Below, piece by piece: positions 45,303 through 55,867 of a DNA stretch of 64,000 bases (the stretch's first letter is position 1; every line of letters begins with the position of its first letter). The notes beneath the pieces were generated by a model, which worked only from the letters and a program-made list of their open reading frames with translations, ran no database searches and had not been told where the DNA came from. Origin of the DNA: Patescibacteria group bacterium (GTDB taxonomy: Bacteria > Patescibacteriota > Patescibacteriia > Patescibacteriales > UBA12465); contig JBAYIC010000004.1 in the NCBI GenBank assembly GCA_041665845.1, forward strand, positions 939 to 64,938, in the 5' to 3' direction. Made by a program: the position numbers and the translations under genes.

Positions 45303-46310
45303 TTAGTACTTTCCCAGTGCTTTTAAAACTTCAAGATACATATTTTCAACAATTTTTTCTTGATTTTTACCAATCTTTAAATAATGATCCAAGCCTGGAG
45401 ATGAATTAATCTCAATTATCCAGTATTTTTTTATTTTCTCGCTTATCTCTCCCTGAACCATTAAATCTACTCCACATAAGCGCAGACCCATATCTCTAGT
45501 AAGTTGAATCGCTAATTTTTTAAACTCCGGATGAATTATATTTGTAATATCAAGAGCGTCTCCGCCTGATGATAAATTAGCATTATTTAACAAGTAAATT
45601 TTTTCGTCTTTCTTTAAAACCGATTTTAGATTTAATTTTTGTCTTTTTAAATTTTGTAAAATTCTTTGATCGCTTATTTTAATATTAACCGGACGATTTA
45701 AATCGGCTAAAGTTTTTATTTTTTTAACTATCAGCCGTTCAATATCATTTTTTGCATCTCCAACAATACAAAAAGGTAATCTTTGATAAGCGGAGATAAT
45801 TTTATCATCAAGCACTACAATTCGATAATCATTACCGGTAATAAACTTCTGAATTAAAGCAATATTATCTTTAGGGAAGATATAATCTAAAGCTTGTTGT
45901 AATTCTTTTTGATTATAGACCATAAAAACTCCATTGCCGTGACTACCGCTATTTGGCTTAACAATAATTGGGTAACCGATTTGATGGGCAAAATCATAAA
46001 CCTCTTTTTTTGTTTGTTTTGCACCGATTGTTTTAGCCCAATCGGATGAAAGAAAAGCTTTTCCCTTAATAGTCGAGTAGCCCATTTTTTTCATAAAAAA
46101 ATTGGCATAATCTTTATCAATAGAAACAACAGAAGATCCGTGCGGATTTAAATCAAGGCTAGAAAAACGAAAATATCTTTTTTTACCACCTAAAAAATTA
46201 ATCTGGCCAACCACTCCCCAGCGCGGTTCAATCATAACTTTGGCTCCAATTTTTTCCGCAACTCTTTTTAAAATCCGGCCCGCTCCAGAATGTATTTTCT
46301 TATCATTCAT
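45303..46310 (-). CDS. ATP-grasp family ligase (RimK/GshB/cyanophycin-synthetase-like)
   Basis: DKDYANFFMKKMGY, YPIIVKPNSGSHGNGV, YRIVVLD and WIIEINSSPG follow the ATP-grasp motif order. Confidence 0.7.
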   Translation of the reverse strand: MNDKKIHSGAGRILKRVAEKIGAKVMIEPRWGVVGQINFLGGKKRYFRFSSLDLNPHGSSVVSIDKDYANFFMKKMGYSTIKGKAFLSSDWAKTIGAKQTKKEVYDFAHQIGYPIIVKPNSGSHGNGVFMVYNQKELQQALDYIFPKDNIALIQKFITGNDYRIVVLDDKIISAYQRLPFCIVGDAKNDIERLIVKKIKTLADLNRPVNIKISDQRILQNLKRQKLNLKSVLKKDEKIYLLNNANLSSGGDALDITNIIHPEFKKLAIQLTRDMGLRLCGVDLMVQGEISEKIKKYWIIEINSSPGLDHYLKIGKNQEKIVENMYLEVLKALGKY

Positions 46311-46323
46311 AAAAATATAAATG

Positions 46324-47943
46324 CTAGATGGTTTTAACCATATAAGTATTTTTTAATCTGTAACCAAATTTTTTATAATATCCCCTTACACCTACTCCAG
46401 AAATTATTGAAATATTAGCTAAATTATTAGCTTTAACAATTTTTTCTGCTTCTGCTAATAATTTTCGTCCCAAGCCACTATGTTGGATTCTTTTTTCGCC
46501 GCCAACGGAAACCAATTCTCCGTAAACATGAAGTTCTCGAATTATCGCCGAGGCGACTTTACTATTTTTATTTATACGCAAACGGCAAAATCCATACAAA
46601 GTCTCTTTATTCTCACTATCGGCACTAATAAAATATTCTTTCCCTCCAGAAGAAGCGTATTCCATAATATTTATTTTGGGCGCAATTATTTTTCCATCCT
46701 TAACCTCACGACAACGGATACAACGACATTTTACCCCTCGATCTTTCATGACTTGTCTTAAATTTGTAATCTTGTTTCCAGCAATAATTGATTCACCTGG
46801 AATATCTCGTATTAAGCGAATAATGCGGACATATTCTGGAACCGCTTCTTTGCATTTTACAATTAAAGCCTGCAAGACTTTATCGGAATATGGTTTATAT
46901 TTTCCTTGTTTATACCATCTATAGAGCAAACTCCCCTTAGTAACAACTGTGGGGTAAAATTTTATTTGGTCGGGCTGAAAAGATTCATCAGAAAATAGTT
47001 TTTTAAATAATTCTAAATCTTTTTTCGGTGTTGCTCCCGGTAAAGCCGGCATCAGATGATACGTTATTTTAAAGCCGTATTGTTTTAGTAATTTAGTCGC
47101 TTCAACAATTTCTTTAACGCCGTGGCCGCGCTTATTTAATTTTAAAATTGCATCATCGGCCGCTTGCACACCTATCTCTACTCTAGTACAACCAAGTTCG
47201 CGCATTTCTATTAATTCAGCCTCATTAATATAATCGGGGCGAGTTTCTAAAGTTAAACCAATAATTTTATATCGCGCTTTCTCATTTTTCTTTTGTTCAA
47301 GTAATAATATCTCATGTAAACGAGTTAAACTTAAATTCTGTTTATAATAGGCCTTTAAATTTGCATTGAAACTGCTTTCTTCTTTTAGGCTAGCAAGTTT
47401 TTTTAAGCGTAATTTACTATAATCATTGGCCGCTCTAAAACAATTAGCGATATACCAATATTTATAGCGTTTTGGTAGATAGCTCCAGGTTCCGCCAATC
47501 ACAATAATTTCAATTTTCTCTGGTTCATGGCCATTATTCTCTAGAGCCTTTAATCTTAAGGCAACTTGTTTATACGGATCATATTGGCAACGAATAGCTC
47601 TCATTACGGCCGGCTCATTCGCTAAATAGCTTACGGGAACATCTTTTTGATGTGGACAATAAGCACAGGTTCCGGGACAAGGATAGGATTTAGTCAAAAC
47701 GGCAACTGGAGCAATGCCCGACATCGTTCGAACGCTTCGTTTCCTAAGCAACATTTCAAATGATTCAGATCTGGTTAATAAACCAGCGGCAACTAAAAGA
47801 CGATATTCTTTCAAAACCTCCGAATTCGATATTGAAGATAATTTAAACTCTTTACAAAAACGACGTTTTATATCCTCGAGTTGGTCCCTAGTTTTAATCT
47901 TTAAAACATTATCTAATATTAAATTTTTTATTGCTTCTGCCAT
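46324..47943 (-). CDS. Elp3-like radical SAM + GNAT acetyltransferase (tRNA U34 modification family)
   Basis: Radical SAM cluster motif CPGTCAYC, central Elp3 region, C-terminal GNAT (QHSGLGRKLLAEAEKI). Confidence 0.85.
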   Translation of the reverse strand: MAEAIKNLILDNVLKIKTRDQLEDIKRRFCKEFKLSSISNSEVLKEYRLLVAAGLLTRSESFEMLLRKRSVRTMSGIAPVAVLTKSYPCPGTCAYCPHQKDVPVSYLANEPAVMRAIRCQYDPYKQVALRLKALENNGHEPEKIEIIVIGGTWSYLPKRYKYWYIANCFRAANDYSKLRLKKLASLKEESSFNANLKAYYKQNLSLTRLHEILLLEQKKNEKARYKIIGLTLETRPDYINEAELIEMRELGCTRVEIGVQAADDAILKLNKRGHGVKEIVEATKLLKQYGFKITYHLMPALPGATPKKDLELFKKLFSDESFQPDQIKFYPTVVTKGSLLYRWYKQGKYKPYSDKVLQALIVKCKEAVPEYVRIIRLIRDIPGESIIAGNKITNLRQVMKDRGVKCRCIRCREVKDGKIIAPKINIMEYASSGGKEYFISADSENKETLYGFCRLRINKNSKVASAIIRELHVYGELVSVGGEKRIQHSGLGRKLLAEAEKIVKANNLANISIISGVGVRGYYKKFGYRLKNTYMVKTI

Positions 47944-48013
47944 TTTTTTAGAGTATAATCAAGATATAATCTAATTAACAATACATTATTTTTTTAAATT
48001 AAACAAGGATTTT

Positions 48014-49153
48014 ATGAACATAAAACCTATAAAAATCATTATCTTCTTAGCGGTACTAATTTGGCCGCTTTCTGGACTAAAAGCGGCGGAAACAAATGCC
48101 GGCCAAGCAGTTTTCGTTGCTCAAAACGAAGTCATAACTGGAAATTTATTTGCAGCTGGCGATACAATTACTGTTGACGGAGTCATTAGCGGCGATTTAA
48201 TTGCAGCTGCTAAATCAATTACCGTTAACGGGAGAATTGAGGGTGATATCATTGCGGTTGCTCAGAATATCCACGTTAACGGAGAAATCGGAGGAAACGT
48301 TCGCATTTTTGGTAATTCTTTAATAATTAATGGTTCAGTTGCTAGAAATGTAAATGCTCTAGGATCTGAAATAACTATCGGCGAAAAAGCAAGAATAGGT
48401 TGGGACACTCTCATTATGGCCTCTAATACTCAGATAAAAGGCGTTATTGATGGCGCCTTAAATGTTTATTGCAAACAAGCAATTATCTCAGGAAAAATTG
48501 GTAAGACTGCGACCTTTAAAGTTTATGATGAAAACCAAGCACAAAGCATAATTATTTCTAAGGGAGCAATTATAAACGGCGATTTAAATTATACCGCAAA
48601 AAATAAAGTTGATATTAAAGAGGGCGCTGAAATATCAGGACAAACAAATTATAAGATGCCTCAAATTAAAACAAAAAATAATGTTGCAACTTGGGCCTGG
48701 GAAAGACTGTTTTCAATTCTTTCTATAATTTTAATTGGTTTAATATTTATTTTTGTTACTCCACAAAATACCAGAAAACTACTTATAGAAATGAGAGCGA
48801 AATTTGGCAAATTAATGTTAATTGGATTAATTGTGTTCTTGATAGTTCCTCCTTTAGCGATAGTTTTAGTAATTACTATTATTGGGATTCCTTTAGCGGC
48901 CATACTCTTAGCTATTTGGCTCGCTTTAATCTTGTTAGCAAAAACCTTAGTTGCTATTTTAGTCGGCGAGTTAATTATTAAAGATTTAATAAAATTTCAA
49001 ACAAATTTTTTCTGGACATTACTTGTAGGTTCAATCGTTATATCGTTATTATTTTCGCTACCTTTTATTGGCTGGATAATTAAATTAATAATTATTTGTC
49101 TAGGATTAGGAAGCCTTTCATTTTATGTTACCAATCAATCCAAAAATATTTAA
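48014..49153 (+). CDS. Bactofilin-like repeat (polymer-forming) protein with C-terminal multi-TM region
   Basis: Signal peptide, then repeated I.G.(I/L)....I.V.G units and a hydrophobic C-terminal third. Confidence 0.6.
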   Translation: MNIKPIKIIIFLAVLIWPLSGLKAAETNAGQAVFVAQNEVITGNLFAAGDTITVDGVISGDLIAAAKSITVNGRIEGDIIAVAQNIHVNGEIGGNVRIFGNSLIINGSVARNVNALGSEITIGEKARIGWDTLIMASNTQIKGVIDGALNVYCKQAIISGKIGKTATFKVYDENQAQSIIISKGAIINGDLNYTAKNKVDIKEGAEISGQTNYKMPQIKTKNNVATWAWERLFSILSIILIGLIFIFVTPQNTRKLLIEMRAKFGKLMLIGLIVFLIVPPLAIVLVITIIGIPLAAILLAIWLALILLAKTLVAILVGELIIKDLIKFQTNFFWTLLVGSIVISLLFSLPFIGWIIKLIIICLGLGSLSFYVTNQSKNI

Positions 49154-50498
49154 AGCTTACGATATTAGAGGAATATACGGCGTAGACTTTGATGATGAGT
49201 TTGCTTATCTTTTAGGTTTAGCTTTTACCGAATTAAGAAAAGCTGATCCTGACTATGAGAAAGATAAAATATTAAAAATAGCCGTTGGCTGTGATATGCG
49301 CCTATCATCTCCGCGCTTAAAGTCTAATCTGATACGTGGCTTATTGGCTAGCGGGGTTGATGTTATAGATATTGGCCTAGTTTCAACGCCCACCTTATAT
49401 TTTGCTGTTGGAAAAAATAATTATGATGGAGGAATAATGGTTTCTGCTTCCCATAATCCAAAAGAATGGAATGGTTTTAAGATTGTAAGAAGCAAGGGTG
49501 TGCCGGTAAGCGGTGAAACTGGAATAGAATTTCTTAAAGATAGGGTGTTAGAAAATAAATTTATCACAAGCAAAATTTCCGGTACAGAAACTCAATTAAA
49601 CAATATTTTAGAAGATGAAATAGCTTATGCCTTTAGTCGGGTTAATATTAGTGAAATAAAACCATTAACTATCGTGATGGATTCTGCAAACGGCATGGGC
49701 GCTTTGTACTTAAATAAACTAGCGGAAAAATTACCAATCAAACTTATTTCTCTTAACTTTACTCTAGATGGAACGTTCCCTGCTCATGAAGCCGATCCAT
49801 TAAAAGAAGAAAACCTTATTCAAATAAAAGAAGCCGTATTAAATAATAAGGCGGACCTAGGAATAACTACTGATGGTGATGGTGATAGAATTTTCTTTGT
49901 TGATAATGAAGGAAAAACTATTAATCCAGCCATCGTTAGAGGCCTGCTAGCTAAACTTTTCCTTCAAGAAAAACCAGGAGCAAGTATTGGTTATGACGCC
50001 AGACCAGGGAAAATTACTGTAGATTTTATTGTAGAAAATGGTGGCAATCCCGTAATGACTAGAGTGGGACATTCTTTAATTAAAGAACAAATGATTAAAG
50101 AAGATATATATTTTGCCGCTGAGTCATCTGGCCATTTTTTTCTAAATACTGAACTCGGCTGTTTTGAATATCCTAGTATTATAATCTTGAAACTATTAAG
50201 CGAATTTGCTAAATTTCCAAAAATGATTGCAAGTTATGTTGCCCAATATGAAAAGTATTTTCACTCAGGAGAAATAAATCGTGATGTTAAAGATAAAAAT
50301 TTGGTTTTAGAAAAAATAGAGAAAGCTTTCCCAGACGGGAAAATTGATAGATTAGACGGGGTATCTATTACTTATCCTGATTTTTGGTTTAACGTTAGAG
50401 GCTCTAACACTGAAGACAAAATAAGATTAAATCTAGAAGCTATTACCCCAGAAATAATGAAAAATAAAACTGACGAAGTTTTAAAGTTTATTGCTTAA
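49125..50498 (+). CDS. Phosphomannomutase/phosphoglucomutase
   Basis: Active-site loop SASHNPKEWNGFK, metal loop TDGDGDRIF, AAESSGH. Confidence 0.9.
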   Translation: MLPINPKIFKAYDIRGIYGVDFDDEFAYLLGLAFTELRKADPDYEKDKILKIAVGCDMRLSSPRLKSNLIRGLLASGVDVIDIGLVSTPTLYFAVGKNNYDGGIMVSASHNPKEWNGFKIVRSKGVPVSGETGIEFLKDRVLENKFITSKISGTETQLNNILEDEIAYAFSRVNISEIKPLTIVMDSANGMGALYLNKLAEKLPIKLISLNFTLDGTFPAHEADPLKEENLIQIKEAVLNNKADLGITTDGDGDRIFFVDNEGKTINPAIVRGLLAKLFLQEKPGASIGYDARPGKITVDFIVENGGNPVMTRVGHSLIKEQMIKEDIYFAAESSGHFFLNTELGCFEYPSIIILKLLSEFAKFPKMIASYVAQYEKYFHSGEINRDVKDKNLVLEKIEKAFPDGKIDRLDGVSITYPDFWFNVRGSNTEDKIRLNLEAITPEIMKNKTDEVLKFIA

Positions 50499-50556
50499 AA
50501 TATCAAACAAAAAAGAGACTATTACGATAGCCTCTTTTTTAATACAAACTTTTAAT

Positions 50557-50835
50557 TTATTTTCTTTCAACCTCAATCGTCCCTTTGTTAAGTAGGGCCG
50601 CTAAAGCACCAATAGCCGCTAACATCGGAGCTAACACGGCGCCAATAACTGCGAAGGTAACCGGTATTTCCATCAACACTTTGCCTTTTTCATTCTTAAT
50701 AATGATGCGGCGGACATTTCCTTCTTTAATTAATTTTTTTACTTTTTCCAAAATTTCATGTCCATAAACATTGAATTGCTCTTTGGCTGATTTTTCCTTG
50801 GTTGTTTGTTTTTTGTTGTTTGCTTTTGTAGGCAT
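50557..50835 (-). CDS. DUF4342-like small protein
   Basis: KLIKEGNVRRIIIKNEKGKVLMEIPVTFAVIGAVLAPMLAAIGALAAL matches my recollection of the DUF4342 pattern. Confidence 0.55.
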   Translation of the reverse strand: MPTKANNKKQTTKEKSAKEQFNVYGHEILEKVKKLIKEGNVRRIIIKNEKGKVLMEIPVTFAVIGAVLAPMLAAIGALAALLNKGTIEVERK

Positions 50836-50876
50836 ATTATTTTTTATTAATTATTTAAATTATTTAACTTTAAAAT

Positions 50877-52187
50877 TTAACCTAAAGAAAATTTTTCAAA
50901 ATAAATATTTTTTTTATTTACTCCTAGAATTATCAATAATTTAATTATGTTTTTCATAAACATTGCCGGACCACAAAGATAGAAACTTCTTTCTAAATAA
51001 TCAGGAACCAGTCTTTTTATTTTTTCTTTATCCAAGCGACCTTTTTCTCCATCCCAAGAATTATCTTGACTCGCAATAAGATGAAGGGCGGAAACATTTT
51101 TTAAAGCCGCGAGACTATTGTTAAAAATAAAATCTTTTTTTAAGGCAACCGAATATAAAATTACAATATCTTTTTCTTGTGCACTCTCCGCGATTGAGAC
51201 CATTGGCGTTATTCCTACACCACCAGCAATTAGTGCTATTTTTTTATTATTAGTTCTAGAGGATGTAAAAATTCCATGCGGTCCATCAATAAAAACCTTG
51301 GTTCCAATTTTTAATTTATTTAAAGTAACCGAAGTAAAATCACCAAGGCCTTTGATAGAAATTCTTATATCCCTATTATTTTTAGCTTGAGAAAAGGAAA
51401 AGGGGTGAGCCTCTAAGGCTATTCTACCATCTAAGAACCGAAAGGTCGCGAATTGTCCGGCTAAAAAATTAAAACTTTCCATTTGATTTCCGGAAATATA
51501 AATTGAAACTACGCTTTCATTTTCTTTCTCTATTTTAGAAATATAAAATTGATGCTTAAAAAATAATCTTCCCGGTACAAAGAATTTAAAATAAATAAAT
51601 AAGCCGATTACTACCCAATATAATACTTGCCAATAAATATAAAAAACTTGATTTTGTAAAGTATTCCCAAATTCTAATTGATGATTAAAAGCTAAGATAA
51701 TAGCTAAATAGGTAAATAAATGAATAAAATACCAAGTCTCATAACGAAGTTTTTTCTTGATAGCAATTACAGAAGTAACAATAACAACCATAAAAATTAT
51801 TACCGCTAGAATTGCACCCAACATTCCCTCCCAATGAAATAAAAATTCGTTCGTTTGTTGCCAAAAACTGACTTCATTAGCTAACTTGTAACCTAAAATT
51901 ATAAATAACGGATGCAAAAAAATAAAAATCCAAGAAATGAGTCCATTGATATGGTGGACGATAGCTAGTTTATCATGGCCAAAAACTTTTTCTATAAATT
52001 TGATCCGGCCAATCAAAACTAATTGCCAAAGAACAAGGTAAACGGCTAACAAACCAAAAATTCTACCAAGAGCAATTATTAGTCCAGTTTGTCCGAAACT
52101 AAGCAGTGAACCTGAACGATCAAACCAAAAATACAAAATAATTATTAGGTTAACAATAAATAATCCTAGAAATAATACTTTTTTCAT
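50877..52187 (-). CDS. Ferric-reductase-domain / FNR-like flavoprotein (bacterial NOX-like)
   Basis: Six-TM domain with His pairs (HHINGL...FLHPLF; IHLFTY...FNHQ), FAD motif HPFSFS, NAD(P)H motif GGVGITP, C-terminal CGP. Confidence 0.75.
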   Translation of the reverse strand: MKKVLFLGLFIVNLIIILYFWFDRSGSLLSFGQTGLIIALGRIFGLLAVYLVLWQLVLIGRIKFIEKVFGHDKLAIVHHINGLISWIFIFLHPLFIILGYKLANEVSFWQQTNEFLFHWEGMLGAILAVIIFMVVIVTSVIAIKKKLRYETWYFIHLFTYLAIILAFNHQLEFGNTLQNQVFYIYWQVLYWVVIGLFIYFKFFVPGRLFFKHQFYISKIEKENESVVSIYISGNQMESFNFLAGQFATFRFLDGRIALEAHPFSFSQAKNNRDIRISIKGLGDFTSVTLNKLKIGTKVFIDGPHGIFTSSRTNNKKIALIAGGVGITPMVSIAESAQEKDIVILYSVALKKDFIFNNSLAALKNVSALHLIASQDNSWDGEKGRLDKEKIKRLVPDYLERSFYLCGPAMFMKNIIKLLIILGVNKKNIYFEKFSLG

Positions 52188-52192
52188 ACTAT

Positions 52193-53866
52193 TTATAAAT
52201 AAGCATCTTGAGCATATTCCCTCAAAACCCTTTCGGTATTAAAAAAGGAAGCATTAACGCCGATAGTAAAACGCATTATTTCTCGCCAAGCTTCGAAATC
52301 TTTGTAATAAAGAGGCATTATTTCTTGCTCTAATAAATTATACAAACTAATAGCATCTTTTTTTTCTAAACTATCTTCACCTATAATATGCTCACCTCTT
52401 ATCGTCCAGCCCGTTTTATCTCTAATATAACCCTCTTTCCACCAACCATCATACGAACTTAATTGTGGGACTCCATTATGAGCCGCTTTCATCCCGCTTG
52501 TTCCTGACGCTTCGTTTGGAGGAAGAGGAGTATTAACCCAAAGATCAACACCAGCAATTATTATTTTAGCTAAATCCATTTCATAGCCTTCTAAGAAAAC
52601 AATTTTTATTTTATCCTTATATTTTTTAATAATATGATTTACACTTTCAATAATTAATTGCCCCTTTTCATCAGCCGGATGTGCTTTACCGCCATAAACT
52701 ATCTGAATTTTTCCAATTTTTTCTTGAATACCAAGCAAACGCTCCATATCATACAAAAGAAGTTCTGGGCGTTTATAGGCAGTAAAACGACGAGCAAAAC
52801 CAATCGTAAAGACTTTTTCATCAAAATCTAAATCAGATTTTTCTTTAATAATTTTTATTAAATATTTCTTAGCCGATTGATGTGCTTCCCAAATTTCGTC
52901 TAACGGAATAACAAAAGCATTACGCAAAGATAAACTCGAAAAGCGCCAATTAGGAATATGCTTATCAAATAAGAGTTGAAATTCTGGTGAAGTCCAGGTT
53001 AGTGAATGGACACCATTAGTTATGGAATGGATTGGATACTCAGGAAACATCTGACTAGAAATTTGTTGGTTGCTTAAAGCAACGCCATTTATATAATCAC
53101 TAAAATAAAGAGCGACTTTAGTCATATTTACCTCTCCTTCAATCACCAAATTGGGAAGTTTGGAGGGAAAATCTGGTTGATATTTAAGAACTAAGTCTAA
53201 GGGGAAAATATCTTGAGCCATTTTAATCGGAGTATGAGTAGTGAAAATACATTTTTTTCTAGTATCAGCAATTTTAGCGGCAATATTTTTTTTATTGGAA
53301 TTTAAGAATTGAGTGATGGCTACAAAACTACCATGGCCCTCGTTAATGTGAAATTTATTAATATTATAACCAAGTGATTTTAAAATCTGATAACCACCGC
53401 AGCCTAAAACTATTTCTTGTAATAGTCGATATTCTTTATCTCGACCATAAAGTCTTCCAGTCAAACTCTTATATTCCTCCTTATTATCAACCATATTTGT
53501 ATCCAGTAAATAAATCGGAATAGCAAAACCATCTATATTTTTAATTAAATACTGCCAAACAGCGACTTTAACTTTATCGTTTCCAATTTTAATTACGGCT
53601 ACTGTTTTTAATTTTTTTAATTTAGAAAAATCATAACTAATAGTCGGGAGAGCTTCTTGCTGACCATTAATATTTATTTTTTGATCAAAATATCCTTGAT
53701 CACTAAGAAGTGTAATCCCAACCATCGGTAGCTTTAAATCAGCGGCGGAACGCAAAATGTCACCGGCTAAAATTCCTAAGCCTCCAGAATAAGTTTTTAT
53801 ACTGCTTTCAAGAGCAATTTCCATGCTAAAATAAGCAACTTTAAAATCATTTTTATTTGTTTCCAT
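52193..53866 (-). CDS. glgP: Alpha-glucan phosphorylase (GT35, short form)
   Basis: YSGGLGILAGD near the N-terminus and the PLP-lysine region EASGTSGMKAAHNG. Confidence 0.85.
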   Translation of the reverse strand: METNKNDFKVAYFSMEIALESSIKTYSGGLGILAGDILRSAADLKLPMVGITLLSDQGYFDQKININGQQEALPTISYDFSKLKKLKTVAVIKIGNDKVKVAVWQYLIKNIDGFAIPIYLLDTNMVDNKEEYKSLTGRLYGRDKEYRLLQEIVLGCGGYQILKSLGYNINKFHINEGHGSFVAITQFLNSNKKNIAAKIADTRKKCIFTTHTPIKMAQDIFPLDLVLKYQPDFPSKLPNLVIEGEVNMTKVALYFSDYINGVALSNQQISSQMFPEYPIHSITNGVHSLTWTSPEFQLLFDKHIPNWRFSSLSLRNAFVIPLDEIWEAHQSAKKYLIKIIKEKSDLDFDEKVFTIGFARRFTAYKRPELLLYDMERLLGIQEKIGKIQIVYGGKAHPADEKGQLIIESVNHIIKKYKDKIKIVFLEGYEMDLAKIIIAGVDLWVNTPLPPNEASGTSGMKAAHNGVPQLSSYDGWWKEGYIRDKTGWTIRGEHIIGEDSLEKKDAISLYNLLEQEIMPLYYKDFEAWREIMRFTIGVNASFFNTERVLREYAQDAYL

Positions 53867-53905
53867 ATCTAAAATAATTACCGTTGTTTAATTATACCAA
53901 AGTTA

Positions 53906-54955
53906 CTATTTTTTAGCACATCGTCTTATTGGCTGTTCGATAAACTTAAAAGATAACCAAGAAATAAGAATTAACAAAATAAAAAATCCTAAAAAATTAA
54001 AATTAGGATACCCAGCTAAATAACGATTGAAAAAGGCGCTCCACCAAGCATTAATTGGTATTTGTAAAATATAAATTCCATAACTAATTTCACCAAGCAA
54101 AACCAAGGGGCGGCTGGATAAAAGTTTAGTTAACCAAGTTTTATCGCTCGCTAAACCAATCAAAAAGACGGCAAACAGCGGAGCCAAAAGGCCGTTGTTA
54201 TAATAATGTAGTATCGGATGATGGCTAATAACTAAAATAAAAATGATAACTAATGGCGCTAATATTAATATTAGAGATTTACTAACTGAAAGCGGTTTTT
54301 TAAAACGTTTAAATATGAGCCCACTAATTATACCGAGAATAAAAGAATTTAGATGTAATAACGGATTATAGTTAAACAAATGGTGAAAATAGCTAGAGGT
54401 ATTTATTGGAGAATTATTAAGCCCATAATAATATAAGCTAAAACTTATAAACCAAAACAGTAGTCCGATGATAATTAGCAACCAATCTTTTTTAATTTTT
54501 CTAAGACCGATAAGTAAAAAAGGGAAAATGACATAAAAGAACATTTCAACTGAAAGCGACCAACTAGGAATATTCAAGGCTACAGAAAAATTAGGAAACC
54601 AAGCTTGTAACAATATTATTTGTAAAAATAATGCCCTTAAATCAATTATTTGTTTTGTGAGTAAAAGAAAAGTTATTAAGATGATTAAGGCTAAAATATA
54701 TAAGGGATAGATACGAAAAAACCTAGCAATAAAATATTTCTTTTTATTTATTAACTCTTTTTCTCCTTTATTATAAACTAGGGTTAAAATAAATCCGGAC
54801 AATAAAAAGAAATAACTCACTCCGGCTGGCGCTAGTCCTATCCAATCAGCAAGCATCGGTTGATTGAACGGCGAAACATTGCGACCAAAATGAAAAACAA
54901 CGATAAAAAAAGCGGCAATAAATCGAGTAAAAGTTAGTTGCGGTAATTTCATCAT
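53906..54955 (-). CDS. Acyltransferase family 3 membrane protein
   Basis: LTFTRFIAAFFIVVFHF N-terminus, about 10 TM helices. Extended -10 promoter TGGTATAAT at about 54973-54981. Confidence 0.8.
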   Translation of the reverse strand: MMKLPQLTFTRFIAAFFIVVFHFGRNVSPFNQPMLADWIGLAPAGVSYFFLLSGFILTLVYNKGEKELINKKKYFIARFFRIYPLYILALIILITFLLLTKQIIDLRALFLQIILLQAWFPNFSVALNIPSWSLSVEMFFYVIFPFLLIGLRKIKKDWLLIIIGLLFWFISFSLYYYGLNNSPINTSSYFHHLFNYNPLLHLNSFILGIISGLIFKRFKKPLSVSKSLILILAPLVIIFILVISHHPILHYYNNGLLAPLFAVFLIGLASDKTWLTKLLSSRPLVLLGEISYGIYILQIPINAWWSAFFNRYLAGYPNFNFLGFFILLILISWLSFKFIEQPIRRCAKK

Positions 54956-55134
54956 AAATTAATATACAAAGATATTATACCATATAAAAAAGGCAACCCG
55001 ACTGAGCTGCCTTTTCACTATCCACCACCATTGATATTTCAAAAAAACCTTTTATAGGTAATTATGAATCTCACCATATTTTTCAACTGAGTACGTTGAG
55101 CGCTCAGTTTGTACGAGCCAAAAATTGGTCGATT

Positions 55135-55833
55135 TTAAAATTTTGATTTATTTTCCACTGATTCATAGTCGGTCGGTAAAATTAATTGATTCGTTTCAGG
55201 ATTGAACATCACATATAAAAATGCAAAGTTAATACTTTCAAAACAAATCATTACTTTTCCGCCAACCTTCTTCACTGAAATTGGTAAATAAGCTACCGAA
55301 CCTTTAGCTATAATGTATTGAGAAACAATGTTCCCATTTACATACAGTCCACCATAATAACCATGGAAGTCACAGGCTTCCCCTATAATCACAAAACTAT
55401 TTCCATTTATTGTTGTCTCAGAAATAGAGAAGCGAATAGGAAATGAATCACAATTAATTCCCAGATTACGACTGCTTTGATAAAAGGGCTTGTTTTTATA
55501 ACACACTCTTACAACACCCCCCAAAGTAGAGATATTGACTCCCTGATATTTTCCAGCCGCTAAATAGTAAGTGCTATCCGCACTTGTCTCAGATCCACTA
55601 TTAGCAATATGAATTCTTTTGTCAGATGCGGGAATCGAAATGTCCTTATCACCATCATAATTGGTAACCGTATAGTCGGTTGAACTGAAACCCATAATAT
55701 GAGTTTGGCTTCGGTAGATTTCTTCCGCTTGGGCATTAGTAAACACTCTTTCCTGGAGACGCCCCCAGATAATCAACATCACCACAGAAACGATAACCAC
55801 GGTGATTGTGGTAACTTTAATAAATGATTTCAT
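55135..55833 (-). CDS. Hypothetical exported/anchored protein (232 aa)
   Basis: N-terminal TM/signal helix ITVVIVSVVMLIIW. The rest is predicted beta-rich with no recognised domain. Confidence 0.5.
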   Translation of the reverse strand: MKSFIKVTTITVVIVSVVMLIIWGRLQERVFTNAQAEEIYRSQTHIMGFSSTDYTVTNYDGDKDISIPASDKRIHIANSGSETSADSTYYLAAGKYQGVNISTLGGVVRVCYKNKPFYQSSRNLGINCDSFPIRFSISETTINGNSFVIIGEACDFHGYYGGLYVNGNIVSQYIIAKGSVAYLPISVKKVGGKVMICFESINFAFLYVMFNPETNQLILPTDYESVENKSKF

Positions 55834-55867
55834 TTTTCTATTTTAAAGGTTAAATACATTTTTTTTA

